The notes under the pieces: model-generated
Told to the model about the DNA's origin: nothing
The model's database searches: none
The model's input: only the letters and a program-made list of their open reading frames with translations
Origin: Rhina ancylostomus
Taxonomy: Eukaryota
DNA length: 64,000 nucleotides
Reading direction: 5' to 3'
Assembly: GCA_030265395.1 (NCBI GenBank)
Contig: JARFYF010000051.1
Coordinates: 25,602,201 to 25,666,200 of the forward strand
Position numbers and translations under genes: made by a program
Shown: piece after piece, positions 26,430-40,135 of the stretch
Numbering within the stretch: position 1 is the first letter of the stretch
Layout: the number at the start of each line of letters is the position of its first letter

Positions 26430-26550
26430 ATATACAATGATCTCAAAGATCTACTTTGGAGTGTAGGTTTCCTTATATCTAAAAATACAGCAATTATTTT
26501 GTACATAAGTACCTAAATCCAACAATAAAATGAATGGGTGATTAATTAGG
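26430..26550 (-). mobile_element. Deu-domain SINE remnant
   Basis: tactttggagtgtag...cagcaattattttgtaca resembles the reverse-complemented Deu domain. Confidence 0.35.
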
Positions 26551-27599
26551 TAACAGAATCATGTTGTAATACCTGGCTATTGGAGCTGAGTGAAGCCCAA
26601 AAGATCTGGCGCTTTATATCAGGTCAGGTATGTAGTCTGATGAAACATTTGAGCTTGGTTTTGCTGCACCATTCCAGGCTAGCTTCATATTTTATCCAGG
26701 TCAGGATGATTTGCTTAGTATTCTCTCTTGTAAATCACATGTTTGAGATTTGTTAAGACAAATATGGAAGCATTGTTATTATTTGGGCTTGGGTTGAACT
26801 TGCATTATCTGTGGTAGAACAGGTTTTAATCTTACAGCAAATCTCCTGAATTTGCCCAGATGATTAGCAAAATTGAAACCATTATGGTAAAGAAAAAGTG
26901 AAATAACTCAATGTTGGACCATAATTTGTTGTAACAGAGTTCAGCTGGACCCTGCCTTGCAGATTTAGATTTTTTATACCCTTGCACCAAGTTGCTTAAG
27001 ACATCAGCTGAATATGTCATGGCAAGGGAACCAAAGATCTGGGACTTGACAAGTCATAAACAGATATAGATCTGCAATCTGGTTATGAAATTAATAACAC
27101 CAGTACAGAGATAAAAGAGGCAGCCAAAGTGGATGAAATTAGTACTTAAGAGAAATGAAGATTCAGGAAGATTTGATTTGAAAAATAAAAGGAGAAAGAA
27201 AAATGAATTTGGCATTTTTCAATAATTTCTAATAATTAATTATAAGAAATTAATATAAAATTGATTGACCTTTGCACAATGGATGAGCATGGGACTGAAG
27301 TGTGCTTAATTGGTGATTATGTATCAAAATAGCACAATGAGCAGGACAACCCACCCTAGAAGAGATAAGAGGTTTCTATCTCTTGAACATTTATCATATG
27401 TCATTAGAAAATGTCTCAGTCAGCGGCAGTCCTCAGTTGCATGTGCCCAACTCTGTGCAACTGAGTCTCAGAAGGCAATGAAGCTCAGGTTAATTGGCAC
27501 GTGTTCTCACACCTGGCCCCCAAGTGAGGCTTTTCAGCAGCTAGCGTCTGACATCACCGAAGCTGCTCGATAGACATTTCTGCCACTGACATTCAAAAT

Positions 27600-27760
27600 C
27601 AAGGAACTGCAAATGCCAGGAATCTGAAATGAAAACAGAAAATGTTGGAAATACTCAACAGGCCAGGCAGCATCTGCAGAAAGAGAAACAGAGTTAATGT
27701 TTTAAGTCAATGACTCTTCATTAGAAAAGGGTCTGATGAAGGGTCTTCAATCTGAAGCAT
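27600..27760. mobile_element. Penelope-like terminal fragments in inverted arrangement
   Basis: aaaacagaaaatgttggaaatactcaacaggccaggcagcatctg...tcttcattaga immediately followed by the opposite-strand tctgatgaagggtc. Confidence 0.7.
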
Positions 27761-29419
27761 AGTACTTTGGCAAAAGAAACATATCATAAATCAAATGCTT
27801 ATGAGTGCTATTCTGGAACTATTTCTCTTTGTCTCCACAAATTCACTTCATTCCTTGGTCTTCAGCCTCCTACAAGGGTTGCAAGAAGTCCCTCCAAAGC
27901 TCAAAGAATTGAGCTATGAAGAGAAACTGTTTGCATAACTATATTCTGGTCTGCCATAGAAAATGATAATTCTGACAGACATTGCTTAAACAATCTCAAT
28001 GCCCCTGAAGTCTTCTCAAGCCATAATCCTATCCTTAAAGAACTTTAGTATCACATTCCACTAATTACCCGATCATTCTAACTGATGGGTAGAGTACATC
28101 ACAAACACATCAGGTGCAAAAAGGAACATAGATTATTTTCAAAATTCACAATTTTCATCTTAAACATTCCTTCCTATTAAATGGTGGATTTGCACAGCGT
28201 CACTGAAGGTTGGTTATTTTTGGGGAAAGGATTCAGTTACAACCTCACAGACTTCAAGCCCAATAAGTCAATAATAACCCAGCAACATTAACTTTCCAGA
28301 TACTAAATGCTTGGTATAATATAATTCATATTTTGGTGCAACATCACAGAAATCAGGAAGGAAATGAAATGAATCAGTGCCACGTGGCCTGATTTGTTGG
28401 GATTTTAATGTAGCAAACCAGCTGCAATCCACAGGAAGTCCTTCAAGGTTTACATTTATTACATTTCGACAGCCACAACTCATTGATTTTCCTTGTATTA
28501 TAATCAGAGAGTATTACTTCTATGGAGCTGAATATTTGAGAGATTCTGAATCTCCATATTTATCGCACCATTCACCCCATGCATTGTTACTCAATTTACT
28601 TGGTGAATGAGGATAACAGGTTCAGCATTCACAAAGATTTCCAAAGGGCCTGTGACATGGACCTTAACAGTGGAATCAGCAGAGGGACAGGGTGACATAC
28701 TGTGGAGCTGGAAGAGACATGGACCACCTGGAAAATCTTAAACTGCCTCCATGCTCAAGTTGCTCATCTAAGAACCAACAGAGGGAGATGGAACCATGCT
28801 ACAACACCCCAGTACCTGTGATTGGAGGAAAAGGCAGATGATGCAGCACCATTTGGTTGGCTTGGCATTCAGGAATGACCCATGCACGGTTCAGGATAAT
28901 ACTGAGCCTTGCTTTGCCTTGTGCTCACAGGTGAAAAGTTCTATGGCTTTGATGGATGTCCATGAGAAGAACTGCAATATTATTTGATCAGTCGAAGTCA
29001 AGGGAAAACATTGGCAATGTCATTTCAAAATAAGTCACAATCTCATTCTTTCCCAGTACCTTCTTATTGATCTCAACCATTTTTTCCTGTCCCAAGTTGC
29101 AGCCTTTCAAAACCTTCTCCTGGTATCTTTATTATCTGAGTTGCCTCCTCTTATTTCTTTTCCCATTATGCAGTGCCTCAACAATGGCCTTGGTTTTTTT
29201 AAATGACAATAGATATTTCTGTAGAAGTCAGGATGTTGTACTTTGAAGTGGGTCTTCTGATTATTGAACAGCATGCAGAGGAAGTCTTGCTGTACCCTTA
29301 GAAATTCAGTCTGTAGTTATAGAGTAGTTGCCTGAATCAGACCAACATGCAGCCAATAGACAGCAGTTATACTGACAATTGCACACCTATCTTGATCACA
29401 GTATAATGTGCCACAGAAA

Positions 29420-30535
29420 ATGGGATCTAGGCTAAATTGAAAGTTTGGATTTAGAACTGGCTTGCCGAGAGAAGACAGAAAGTAGGGGTGGAAGGCCGCT
29501 ATTCTGGCTGGAGGTCCTTGGCCAGTGGTACTCTGCAAGGATCAGTGCTGGGACCTCTGATGTTTGTGATATACATCAATGATTTGGATGAAAATGTAGA
29601 TGGGTGAATGTAGAAAGTTTGCAGATGACACCAAGATTGCTAGAGTTGTGGACAGTATAAAAGACTATCAAAGAATACAGTGGGATGTAGATCAGTTACA
29701 GATCTGGGCAGAGAAGTGGCAGATGGCATTTAAACCAGACAAGTGTGAGGTGTTGCACTTTGGGAGGTCAAATGAAAGGACAAGAGCATACAGTTAATAG
29801 TAGGCTTCTTAACTGAAATTAGGTACGGAGGGATCTTGGGCTCTAGGTCCATAGTTCATTGAAAGTGGCTATGCAAGTGGATAAGTTAGTAAAGAAGGTA
29901 TATGACATGCTTTCTTTCATTGGTCGGGGTGCTGAGTATAAGAGTAAGGAAGTCATGCTGCAGCTATATAAAACTTTAGTCAGACTACACTAGGAGTACT
30001 GTGTGCAGTTCTGGTCGCCCCATTATCGGAAGGATGTGGAGATTGTGGAAAAGGTGCAGAAGAGGTTTACCAGGATGCTGCCTGAATTAGAGGGTATGAG
30101 CTATAAGGAGAGGTTGGACAAACTTGGGTTGTTCTCCTTAGAGTATCGGAGGCTGTGGGGAAACCTGGTAGAGATTTTCAAAATTATGAGAGGCATAGAT
30201 AGGGTAGACAGTCAGAATCTGTTGCCCAGGCTAGAAATGTCAAACACCAGGTTGGGGGGGGGGGGGCTGTTAAATGNNNNNNNNNNNNNNNNNNNNNNNN
30301 NNNNNNNNNNNNNNNNNNNNNNNNNNNNNNNNNNNNNNNNNNNNNNNNNNNNNNNNNNNNNNNNNNNNNNNNNNNNNNNNNNNNNNNNNNNNNNNNGCCT
30401 TTTAGCTAGACACATGAGTATGAAAGGAATGGAGGGATATGGATGATAAACAGGAGGACATTTAGTATAAATCAGCATCAAGATCACCACAAGATCGTAG
30501 GCCGAATGGCCTATCCCATGCTGTACTGTACTATT
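29420..30535 (+). mobile_element. CR1/HER1-type LINE, 5'-truncated reverse transcriptase and 3' end
   Basis: QGSVLGPLMFVIYINDL, KFADDTKI, WAEKWQMAF..KCEVLHFGR and QFWSPHYRKDV..EKVQKRFTRMLP motifs with stops and frameshifts; tail ggccgaatggcct..tgctgtactgtactatt. Confidence 0.95.
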
Positions 30536-31309
30536 TTAAAAGTAATTCTGTGCATGTGTATTGTTTTGATCTTTTGTTTTATGTTAGGAGTGAATGAACA
30601 GGAGCCTTATGCACTTAGAGGGATCTGACATTAAAATTTCTATTGTCACTTTCTTTCTGCTTTGCACCCAAACCACTTTGCATGAACTTGACAAAGGCAG
30701 TTTAATTGTAGGCCATCTCCTTTGTTTTTCCACATTGAGATTATTTGATGTAACTGTAATGATAGATGGTACACAATTCACAGAAATAGCTGCATTATAT
30801 TATAATGATGTTGAAAAATGGTCTGTACTGTCCTAGGTAAGCATTGCTGATCACACACGTGGGTCTATGTTCTCAATTGTAACACTTATCTGGTTTCATG
30901 TTGGTAATCAAAACACAAACATCTTTTTTATTTCAACTTTTGTACTTATTCACTCATCCAGAGACTCCCCTAGTTACTTAAGATGCACTTTTAACAACAT
31001 TAATTTGCTTTCAGTCTGACAACCAAAAGCTGCCTGGGAAAACTGATGTGCTCAGAGCTCCTTTCCTTCTGGTGCTCCAGCTCTTCAAACAACTAGGCTG
31101 AAAAGCTGAATACAAAAATGTAAGGAAATACAGGAGGTGATAGCAGTGAAGTTTGTGATAGTGCAGGATCGATCCCACATTCCCCATTTGTGGTACAGTA
31201 TATTAACCAACCCAATGCATTAACAGATCACTAACAGATATATATACAAATATAAGGTAATCCTCCTTGTTTTTGCTAAATTTAAGTTTTCAGGAGTTCT
31301 CTTTTCTCC

Positions 31310-32200
31310 CCATAACCTGTTATCTTTCCTAAAATAATTCTTCAGAACCTTTTAAATACTGTAATCAATTTAGCATCAATCACCACTTGTGCAAAGCATT
31401 CCACATCCCAATAATTTATGCATGAAAATCTCTTGTCATATGTATCAGAAACTTCTGAGATAATGGGCATTTTGTCAATGGAAATAACCATCTGTGATTA
31501 TCTCATTCATTCTTTTCAACATTTCAAAAAACCTCCACTAAATTCCTCCATCAATCTTTTCAATTCAAAAGCATACAGAACCAGTTTTTTCAGCCTTTCC
31601 TGGAATCACAGAAAATTCTGGCAAAGTAAGAAGGCCACTCAGCCCATTTAGATTAGTCCCACCCACTGGTGCTTGACCATGGCCTTCAGGTTATAGCTGC
31701 ACTTTTGAAATGGGATGAGGGCTCCGACCTTCAGAGATGGAGTTCCATGCTCACACTACTAACTGAGGAAAAAATATTTTCTTTAAACCATCTAATCATC
31801 TTGTGAATAAATTTAAATCCATGCCACCTAGTTGCTGTCTTCGCTGCTAAGGGAAATAGATCCTATTTGTTCATTCTGTCTTGACTTCTTATAATTTTAC
31901 GCATCTCAATTAGATTAGCTCAGTCTCCTAATATGCACAAAAACCCAGATGAACCTCTTTCTCCTTACAACTGCATTTCTCCATAATTCAGCGACAATAT
32001 TATTCGAACACATCTACGTTGCAGTTCATGCAGAACTATTGTTTGCATTCAGCAAAATAGTCACACTTGACCAGAGGTTGGAACCCTCGTCAAAATCCAC
32101 AGCAAACCTATGCTGCATTGTTGAAACTGCACCTTTTGACATCTGTGCAAGTTGGACATAGCATTCATTTACAATTACTCCAATAATGTCAATGCATGCT
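31310..32200 (-). mobile_element. Old CR1 3' fragments, at least two nested
   Basis: aaagcattccacatcccaataa, aagaaggccactcagccca and gctaagggaaatagatcc are reverse-complemented CR1 end motifs. Confidence 0.55.
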
Positions 32201-33179
32201 TTGAATGCGCAGCACTACTTTTACCTTGTTAATGCTCAAATCGATTAGTGGCACAATACTGAGCATCTCCCAAGCCATTTAAGAAACAATGATGTCAGTG
32301 CTCCAGTTCTTATAGCTGGGGAGTGCAAGGCAGGGAATGTGCTCTCCATGTTCCAACTATGCACCTTCATAACCTGCAGCCGAGATTGAGACAAGGAAGC
32401 ACGTCCACTGTTTTGAGGGGTCCAGGAGAACACAACGAGCAGAGGAGGAAGTAAGTGCAGAAATAAGTTCTCAGAATGGTGCACTCTAAACGGCAGCAGT
32501 GCAGAAAGAAATTCTACAACCTCACTGGATTGGTCAAGTGGATATATTGAAACGTACACAGCTGCATATATACACACTTACACATAAAAGGCACACACAA
32601 TCCAAGTGTGACAATCATGTCATTTTGGCAATTAGATATTAACTCCTCTCTTTGCCTTACAGAGTAAGATCACTTGCCACAGGCACCTGTACCAGTGAAT
32701 CCAATGGGAACCTTTCTAGTCCTGGAAGCTCAGCAGGCAGGAAGAGAGGCGAATCCTTTTGATGCTAAGCATGTCGTGGATACAGAAAGTAGGCAAAAAC
32801 CTTTAAAACACCTCCTTCCCTTATTGCATTGATTGTCCTGTTTATGTAGAACTACAGTCTGCTGGATGCTTCTACATAGAGTGCCTTGCACTCTCCATTA
32901 TCATGTTCTTCTTTCTGTCTTTAGTAATGTATAAACTCGAGAACGTTACCTATCCGGTAACAGTCTGTCTTTCTGCATTAACTTCAACAACTGCAATAAC
33001 CCCCTTGTGCAGGAGCACCACTCCAGAACAGAGGAGGTGGAAGACATTGTACCTGATCCCAAAATGGGAGTTGAAATATTTCAACAGTATGGACAGCCTT
33101 CTCTGTTAACTCCCTTTATTTTTCTTTGAAATATAATGATACAAACTTCGGCATGCAGTGATGCGAAAGCTACCCCAGT

Positions 33180-33450
33180 GGAACAACAGCTAATGGTACT
33201 GCCTCAGTGCCTCATGGACCTGGGTTTGATTCTGACCTAGGGTGCTATCTATGCAGTTTACACATTCTCTCCACAACTGAGTGAATTTCCTTCCCACATC
33301 CCAATGACGTGCTGGTTGGTTAGTTAGCTACTTTATGTTATCCACTGCTGTGAGCAAATGACACAAGGAATCAAAGGGGAATTGATGGGCATGTGTGAGA
33401 GAGAATAACTTGTGAGGGTACAGGGATATATGGATTATGGGAATGAGACT
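33180..33450 (+). mobile_element. Diverged V-SINE
   Basis: ctgggtttgattctgacctagggtgct...cacattctctcc...ttcccacatcccaatgacgtgctggt. Confidence 0.7.
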
Positions 33451-33554
33451 TGGCACCCCATGGCAAAAGGGTGCTAACTCCATCAGCAAAGTAATGGAAG
33501 GTATCCTTGAAAGTGATATCAAGATAAGACATATCAATAAACATGTTCATTTCT

Positions 33555-34540
33555 GAGCAATCTGGGTTTCACCAAGTCCTTTGTTTCCAGATGTCATCAC
33601 AGCCTTGATCTAATCATGGACCGAACAGCCGAACTGCAGGTATAAAGTGAAACGGAAGTCAAGAGATTGGAGTCATATCTTACAAAAAGGATGGCTGTGG
33701 TTATTGCAGGTCAATCATCACTGCCCCAGACACAGGTTCAGAAGTTCTGCAGGGCAGTGTACTTGGCCCAATAATCTCCAGCTATTTCTCAACAATCTTC
33801 CCTTCATAAGGTCAGAAGTGGGGATGTTTGCTGATGATTGCACAATGCTCAGTTCCACTCATAAGTCCTCAGCAAGTGGAGCATGCAGCAAGACCTAGAC
33901 AACATTCAGAGATGGACTGATAAGTGGCAAGTAACATTCATGTCAGACATGTGCCAAGCAGTGATCATCTCCATCAAGAGAGTCTAAGCACCTATCCTTG
34001 ATATTCAATAGTATCTCACCAGTGACCAGAACTCAACTGGACAGCATAATTACCATATTTCTATGAGCAGGTCAGGTATTCTGACTCACTTCCTGACAAC
34101 CTAAGGCCTTCCCACAATCAACAAGGCACATCAGGAGCATGATGGAACATTCTACTCTTCCTTGCTTCAAAAATCAAGATGCTCAGCATCTTGGAGGACA
34201 AAGCAGCCCACTGGGCTGGTACTCCACCCCGAGCATTCATCCCCATCATCACCATCTATCATGGCTGCAGTATGAGCCATTTTGAAATTGCACAATAGTT
34301 ATTTTCCCAGTCTATTTAAAAATAGGGCACCAAGTGCCAGGGAATGTGACCATGTAAAGGCTTGGAAACACTTCATTGTTCCTTTGTCATTGCTGGGTCT
34401 AATTCCAAAATGTCCTGCCCAACATTAGTGGGAGAACCTTCACCAGAAGGAAGCTATGGTTCAAGAAGGTGGCTCACTATCAGTTTCGCATGAATGTTAA
34501 ATAAATGCGGATCTTTCCAGTGACACTTGCATTTCAAGAA
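33555..34540 (+). mobile_element. CR1-clade LINE RT fragment of a second family
   Basis: FLNNLPFIRSEVGMFADDCTM RT core, WTDKWQVTF motif, 3' end ggttcaagaaggtggctcact...aataaatgc. Confidence 0.85.
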
Positions 34541-35699
34541 ATTAATACAATAAAGTGGGAGTGCTGTTCACTCAAAACCACTGTCGGCTGTCAGTTGGGC
34601 CTTGAGCACCTGGATAACTACTGAGTTTACTGCAACAGACTGCAAAAGTGTCAAGTTGCTGCAGTGACTTACGGATAAAGGCACGGAAATTCAGTTTGAA
34701 TGGAGCTGCAACATAATCACATAATCTAATTTTGAGGCAAGTATTTCAAATTTCAGACAATTCAGTAATTTCATCACAAATGTAAACATGTGTTCTTCCA
34801 TATGGGGAAGGTTTGACAGAATTGACTGAAATTTTCAGAAATGGGTGGTTTCTAGAACAAAGAAAATCACAGTCCTCCCTTAGTCATTTTTGTGACAAGA
34901 GGAATTAAAGCACATAGTGAAAAAAGGCTTGTGGATGTCAAATTAAATTTAATCACACTATACTCCCAGCATCCTTACCAGTGTCAGCACAATCAGAAAT
35001 GCCCTGTAACAGTGTCACGATTCATCTGCTCATCACATTCTGCTCTGCAGGTTCTCAGCTGTGGATCACAGTCATGTGTTATAGAAGTTCTGGTCCCATT
35101 AACACTAATAAGCAGTGAAGCATGAAACAGATAAACACCAATTGAAATTTTTAAAATCCTTTTTAAAACCCCTAATAGGTAGAAAACAAGGGAAACAAAT
35201 TAGTTAATTAACACGTCACGAGTGTGAAAAAATCTCACAGTCACCTCACACAAATATATTTCTGATTTTTTTTTAATGAGCTCTTTCATTTCCCTGCATC
35301 ATAAACTGCCTCTTAAGACATCACTAAACCCTGCCAAGAGGAGGACGCAAAAGTAAGAGACACATCCTTACATTTACTAGTTCAATTTCATATTATTACA
35401 GTCTCATCAAAAGATAATTTAAATCAACAACAGAAACTGAAATTTTAATAAATAGTAAATTCAACAGTACTCTCTGTAATAACCTAATCTGGAGACAAAT
35501 CATGACTTCTCTCCTCTTTGCTAGGAGTAATATTAGAATGTGATTCTTGCTAAATTGATGNNNNNNNNNNTGTCTTCATAATCAACATAGGATCTGCCTG
35601 TGCAGAGCTCAGAAGCTTGATAGAAGGGTTACAGTAAAGAAAGCAATCTGTTCTTTTTATTGAAGGGGCTCCAGAGTAGTGAGGTACCTCAAATTACAC

Positions 35700-36280
35700 A
35701 CAAACAACATTCATTTAAATACAGTAGTGCCCACAAAACAGAAAATTCTCTCAAAAGGACTTCATAGAAGTGCAATCAGAGAAAAATTAACACTGAGCCT
35801 TAGGAGGAAGAACTAAAAGCTTTTGTGAAAAGCTGTAGAAATTTAAAGAGTGAATTCCAGAGCTAGGGGCCATGGTAGCTGGAGAACCAATAGTTTAGGG
35901 AAGTGGCAGGGGATTTACAACATGTAAAATGCAGGAGAAACTCAGCGGGACTTCGGCCTCGACCTGAAACATCGACTCTCCTTTTCCCTCCACAGCCGCT
36001 GCCCGACCTGCCGAGTCCCTCCAGTATCTTGGTTGTTGCTCCAGATTCCAGCATCTGCAGTCTCTTGTGTCAACGATTTACAGCATGTGTTTGTTGGAGC
36101 ACTGCAGAGCTCTGGGAGAATTGCAGGGGCAGAGGAGGTCACAAAGTCAGGAAAGCGGCAAGTCATGAAGGAGTTAGAACATAAGGAAAAGAAGTTAAAT
36201 TAGAAGATTAGGGGCAGGTAACCAATGCAGGGCAGTGGACACCAAGATAACGGGAGTGTGAGATGGCGCACGGTGGCATC
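35700..36280 (-). mobile_element. L2 LINE 3' fragment interrupted by a Penelope-derived insertion
   Basis: aacaacattcatttaaatacag...gaattccagagctaggggccatggtagctgga and ggaggtcacaaagtcagg...gtcatgaaggagttagaacataagg match L2 reverse-strand motifs. Confidence 0.55.
35926..36074 (+). mobile_element. Short Penelope-derived insertion with 14-bp target-site duplication
   Basis: Flanked by gatttacaacatgt (35912-35925) and gatttacagcatgt (36075-36088); body gacctgaaacatcgactc...ccagattccagcatctgcagtctcttgtgtc. Confidence 0.8.
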
Positions 36281-37074
36281 AGTACCCAAGAACCCTCGGT
36301 TGCAAACTGCTGCAATGAAACTGAGACAGTTAAGCGAATGTAACTAGGGGTGGTCCATGGAGAAAGGAACAATGTCAAAAGCAATACAAGGATGGATTTT
36401 CCACTGATTCCTTGAGCTTGTACCGTGCTGTTTCACCTGGTGTGTTCCTGGGTGCAGTCTTCCTCAGGGAAGCTGGCTCCCCACTGATCAGCTTAAAAAA
36501 GTGTTAACACATGGATAATTCAGTTTTACGTTTGTTTGATGATTTAAAAAATAAACACTTATCTTCATCTTTCTCTAATCTTAGAATTTCAATCAAAATA
36601 AAGGGAGACTCCAATCCTCTGCCAAGTCTGACTGGCATACAAGTGGCAAGGAGTCTAATGATGGGGCAGATTGACAGATGCAGCAGCTCAACACAGATAA
36701 ATGAGTCCCCTGGCCACAGCCAATATGATTTGGCCAATATATATATTTATAAATGTGTCTGTATTGTATTCAATCAATGTTTACTGTGTGCATGTATGTA
36801 GTCGAGCATTTGAATAAGTTAGGCACATTTGATGAGGTCCTTGTGTCTTGCATATACCTATCTGTACATTCTACAATGCACATAATTAGAGGTTAAGGAT
36901 CCACTACGAACACATATTTTACATCGGTGATAAGGACTGGACAGCAAAGTATCACAGCCATAAAGAGTACAAAGTCATCAGGGACTTCAAGTAATCACAT
37001 GGCTGCATTGGTTGGGTGAAAGTGAGAAATTCAGAATTCATTGCAGCAGTCTGACTTGTTTATTTTCTCTTTCC

Positions 37075-37165
37075 CACTTCTATTGAAGGGTTCTGGACCT
37101 AAAACATTAACTGTTTCTATTTCTACAGATGCTGCCCCACTTGCTGAATGTTTCAAGCATTTACT
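37075..37165 (+). mobile_element. Penelope terminal remnant
   Basis: tgaagggttctggacctaaaacattaactgttt...cagatgctgcc. Confidence 0.6.
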
Positions 37166-37569
37166 TATATGTATATTAGAAAGAAAATAGAAGTAGTGAA
37201 TATCAGTTGGTTAAGGACAAGAGTAAAAACCTAGTAACTTTAAAAGTGAAGACAGACCCCCTGGGGCAATATGATAATGACATTGAATATAGAACATTTA
37301 AACAAAATGCCATTAAAAATGTCTTATCAAATTTGCCTTAGAAAGAAGCTGCCATAGAGAACATAATGTACGCTCTGAAATGAAGTAAAAAATGATTTGC
37401 CCTTTACAACGGTAGAAGTAGGAAGATTGCCACAAAAATACCTGGTTTTGAAACAAGTACATGGATACATGCTAATTAGCTGGAATGATTGGGACACACA
37501 CCCTTGAATGAGAATACCAAGTCTTTTTATTACATATGCTATCAGCTGTCCACAAATAATGACTGCATA

Positions 37570-38460
37570 AAATAGGAACACAAGGTAGCGATATTCAGGA
37601 AGTTACAAGTTAGGAAAATGAAATATTCCTGTACTAAACAATTGGCTATGGTGAACATTAATGCGGTTGCTAGAGGAGTTGTCTATTGGCCTAGCATAGA
37701 TAAGGATCTGGAAGATCTAGCTTGTAGATATCTAGTACTACAGAAAACAGTCACCTGGAGCACGATTTCAAGCATGGATGTGGTCTATGAAACTATTTCA
37801 GCACATTCATGCAGATTTTAGTGAAAAGGCATAAGACAACCTTCTGCTGTTATTTAACAGCAATTTGAAGTGGAATAAGGTGAAGCATGTGGATCCATGC
37901 ACCATAGATCTTAATTCTTCATGACAAAGTTTTACAGATAATTGTTTGCAGCTTAGACCTTTTCAGTTCAAAGAATTTATGAAGGGCAAAGGAATTCAGC
38001 ATCATTTCACTTCTTCTTACCTTCTAGCCACAAATGGGGAGACTGAAGGATCTGTGCACATGCTGAAGAAACCACTGAGACAATTAAAGAAATGGAAGGT
38101 CAAATGAGCATCAATACAAGGTATTGATACAGCACTTCTTCTGAGCTATACAGCAATGCCATACTCCATGATGAGCTTTCTTCCTGTGGAAACATTTTTG
38201 CACAGAAGACTCAGGATGTGTTTCAGTCAAATTTGGAAGAGTAATTGGTGGAAAGGCAGTTGAAACATCAAAACACAAGCTGTGAGGAAAAGGGTTCAGC
38301 TTGTATGATAAAGTTATTTCTCAATAAGTCAGGGATGAGGAAGTGTGATACCAGAGAGACAGTAGAAATATACGGTTCTAATGATTTCCTCATGAGACTT
38401 GGTAAGAGATTCAGAAAGCTACACGTCAACCCTTTGATTGCAGCACAACATGCCCAAAAG
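37570..38460 (+). mobile_element. Degenerate Ty3/Gypsy LTR-retrotransposon integrase remnant
   Basis: ARGVVYWPSIDKDLEDL (integrase Zn-finger region), IHADF, FKEFMKGKGIQHHFTSSYLLATNGETEGSVHMLKK (cf. GIxHxxSxPYHPxxNGxAERxVxxLK), LLLSYTAMPYS..PVETFLHRRLR; multiple stops and frameshifts; no LTRs recognised. Confidence 0.85.
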
Positions 38461-38574
38461 TAAAATGAAGATGACAATGAGACTGAAGATGATCCTGATG
38501 TGAATTCCACCAAAGTTCAAGAATCAAGATGTGGCAACATGAATGAGTCCGGATGTGACAACATCAGTGAGGCC

Positions 38575-38611
38575 AGCAAGGTTGAACAGGGTTGAACAGG
38601 GTAGAACAGGT
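38575..38611 (+). repeat. 10-bp tandem repeat, about 3 copies
   Basis: gttgaacagg gttgaacagg gtagaacagg. Confidence 0.8.
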
Positions 38612-38754
38612 CTGCTGCATTTCAGCAAATGGTTAGCAAAATCCCTATGGCAGACTGTTCAGAATAATAAAATCTCACAGTAAAATCCCATTGATTCTGT
38701 TAAATTTTATTGAAAATATGTGGTGGAGTTCGACAGGGTTTAGTGTTGATTCCA

Positions 38755-39175
38755 AGATATATATCAATGACTGGGACATAAACATGGGAACAAAGATTAA
38801 GGTATTTCCAGATGATATCAAAATTGATAGTTTGGCACTGATAGTAGGGTGGGAAGTCCTAGGATGCTTGCAGATATCATCGGACTGGTCATATCGGGGA
38901 ATTCAATCTAGAAGAGCCTGAGGTAATGTACTTGGGGGAGAACTAATAAGTCAAAGGAAAGCACAATAAATGGTAAGACACTGGTAAGGTTTGGGGAAGA
39001 CAGGTAACTTGGAGTAGATGGCCACAGATTTCTCAAGGTAGCAGAACAGCAGGATAAGTGGTTAGGAAAGCACTTGGGGTAATCACCTATACTGCTGAGA
39101 CCCAGAATACAACAGCATGAAGGTCATAGCTACAACTGTATAAAACTCGTTAAGCCCTTACATGAGTACTTGAAA
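38755..39175 (+). mobile_element. Old CR1 RT fragment
   Basis: IYINDWDINMGTKIKVFPDDIKI (degenerate YINDL...FADDTKI); caactgtataaaactcgtt. Confidence 0.75.
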
Positions 39176-40135
39176 CTCAGTAATTCACAAGGCTGCAAAC
39201 TGAGAGCTGAGAAATAGGATTAGCCTAAATTGCTCCTTTGTTTGGTCAGTATGAACATTATGACCTTCCCCTGTGCAGTAAATTTCTCTGAATCTGAAAT
39301 TATACAGATAAGTGTCATGACAGCCCTCAACAAGCCTCACATAGGACAAAATGACTGCTTTGTCCAGTGTTTCCATGTTAATTATCAGCAATATAAATAG
39401 CCAGATGACTCTCCAGTGCCTTATCAAAATGCACAAACATGAATTGCAGGAGCAAGGACAGAATAAGGGTATGAACGACAGGAAAGGTAAGCTTTCTACA
39501 TTGAAGGAATTGATCAATCAAATCCCTTTACCTGATGAGCTGATATCAACAGATTGGGGGAATAACAGATTTAAAATTAATTACACCAACTACTGGTAAA
39601 CCTCTAAAAACCTGCTGAATTACGAGTCTGTGCAAGATGGCGATAAAATAAATTAGGTGTTTTACAAGGCATTAATGAGATATTGCAGACTGGTATTTTG
39701 AGCCATTCTATCTGATTGTGATAACCTGTTGGCCCCAACTTGGCAATCCACTTCAGTATAAAAAGTAATAAATAGGTAACAATATGTGAAAAGACAAGTA
39801 TTTGTTTTGTGTTGTTTTATATTCAGCTTCTCTATGAGCCTTTCGCTGTTGAATGTGGACATTTTTCAGGTGACCCACCATTAAATCTCAGGCAATTAAC
39901 TGAAAAGCCAGAATGGACTGCAGGTGATTGTCAAAGCAGTTCACCAAGTCATTATATAATATCATTAAGTTGTAAATTCTATTCAGAGAATCCACAAAGG
40001 AAGTGAAATCTCTACACCATAGGAAATTGGGTGGCAAAACAGTACAGCTGCCAATCTCTTCCGAAGTAATTTCAGCTGCAAGATTTTCAGTAAATCTTCC
40101 AGGTAATCTGCACTCAAACTAACTGTAATAGGTAC

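Noticed and set aside
32663-32762. Plus-strand acceptor followed by SLATGTC, resembling TAFA5 QLAAGTC
   Set aside because: Wrong strand, and similarity ends after 7 residues with no CxC or GTTRARPACVD.
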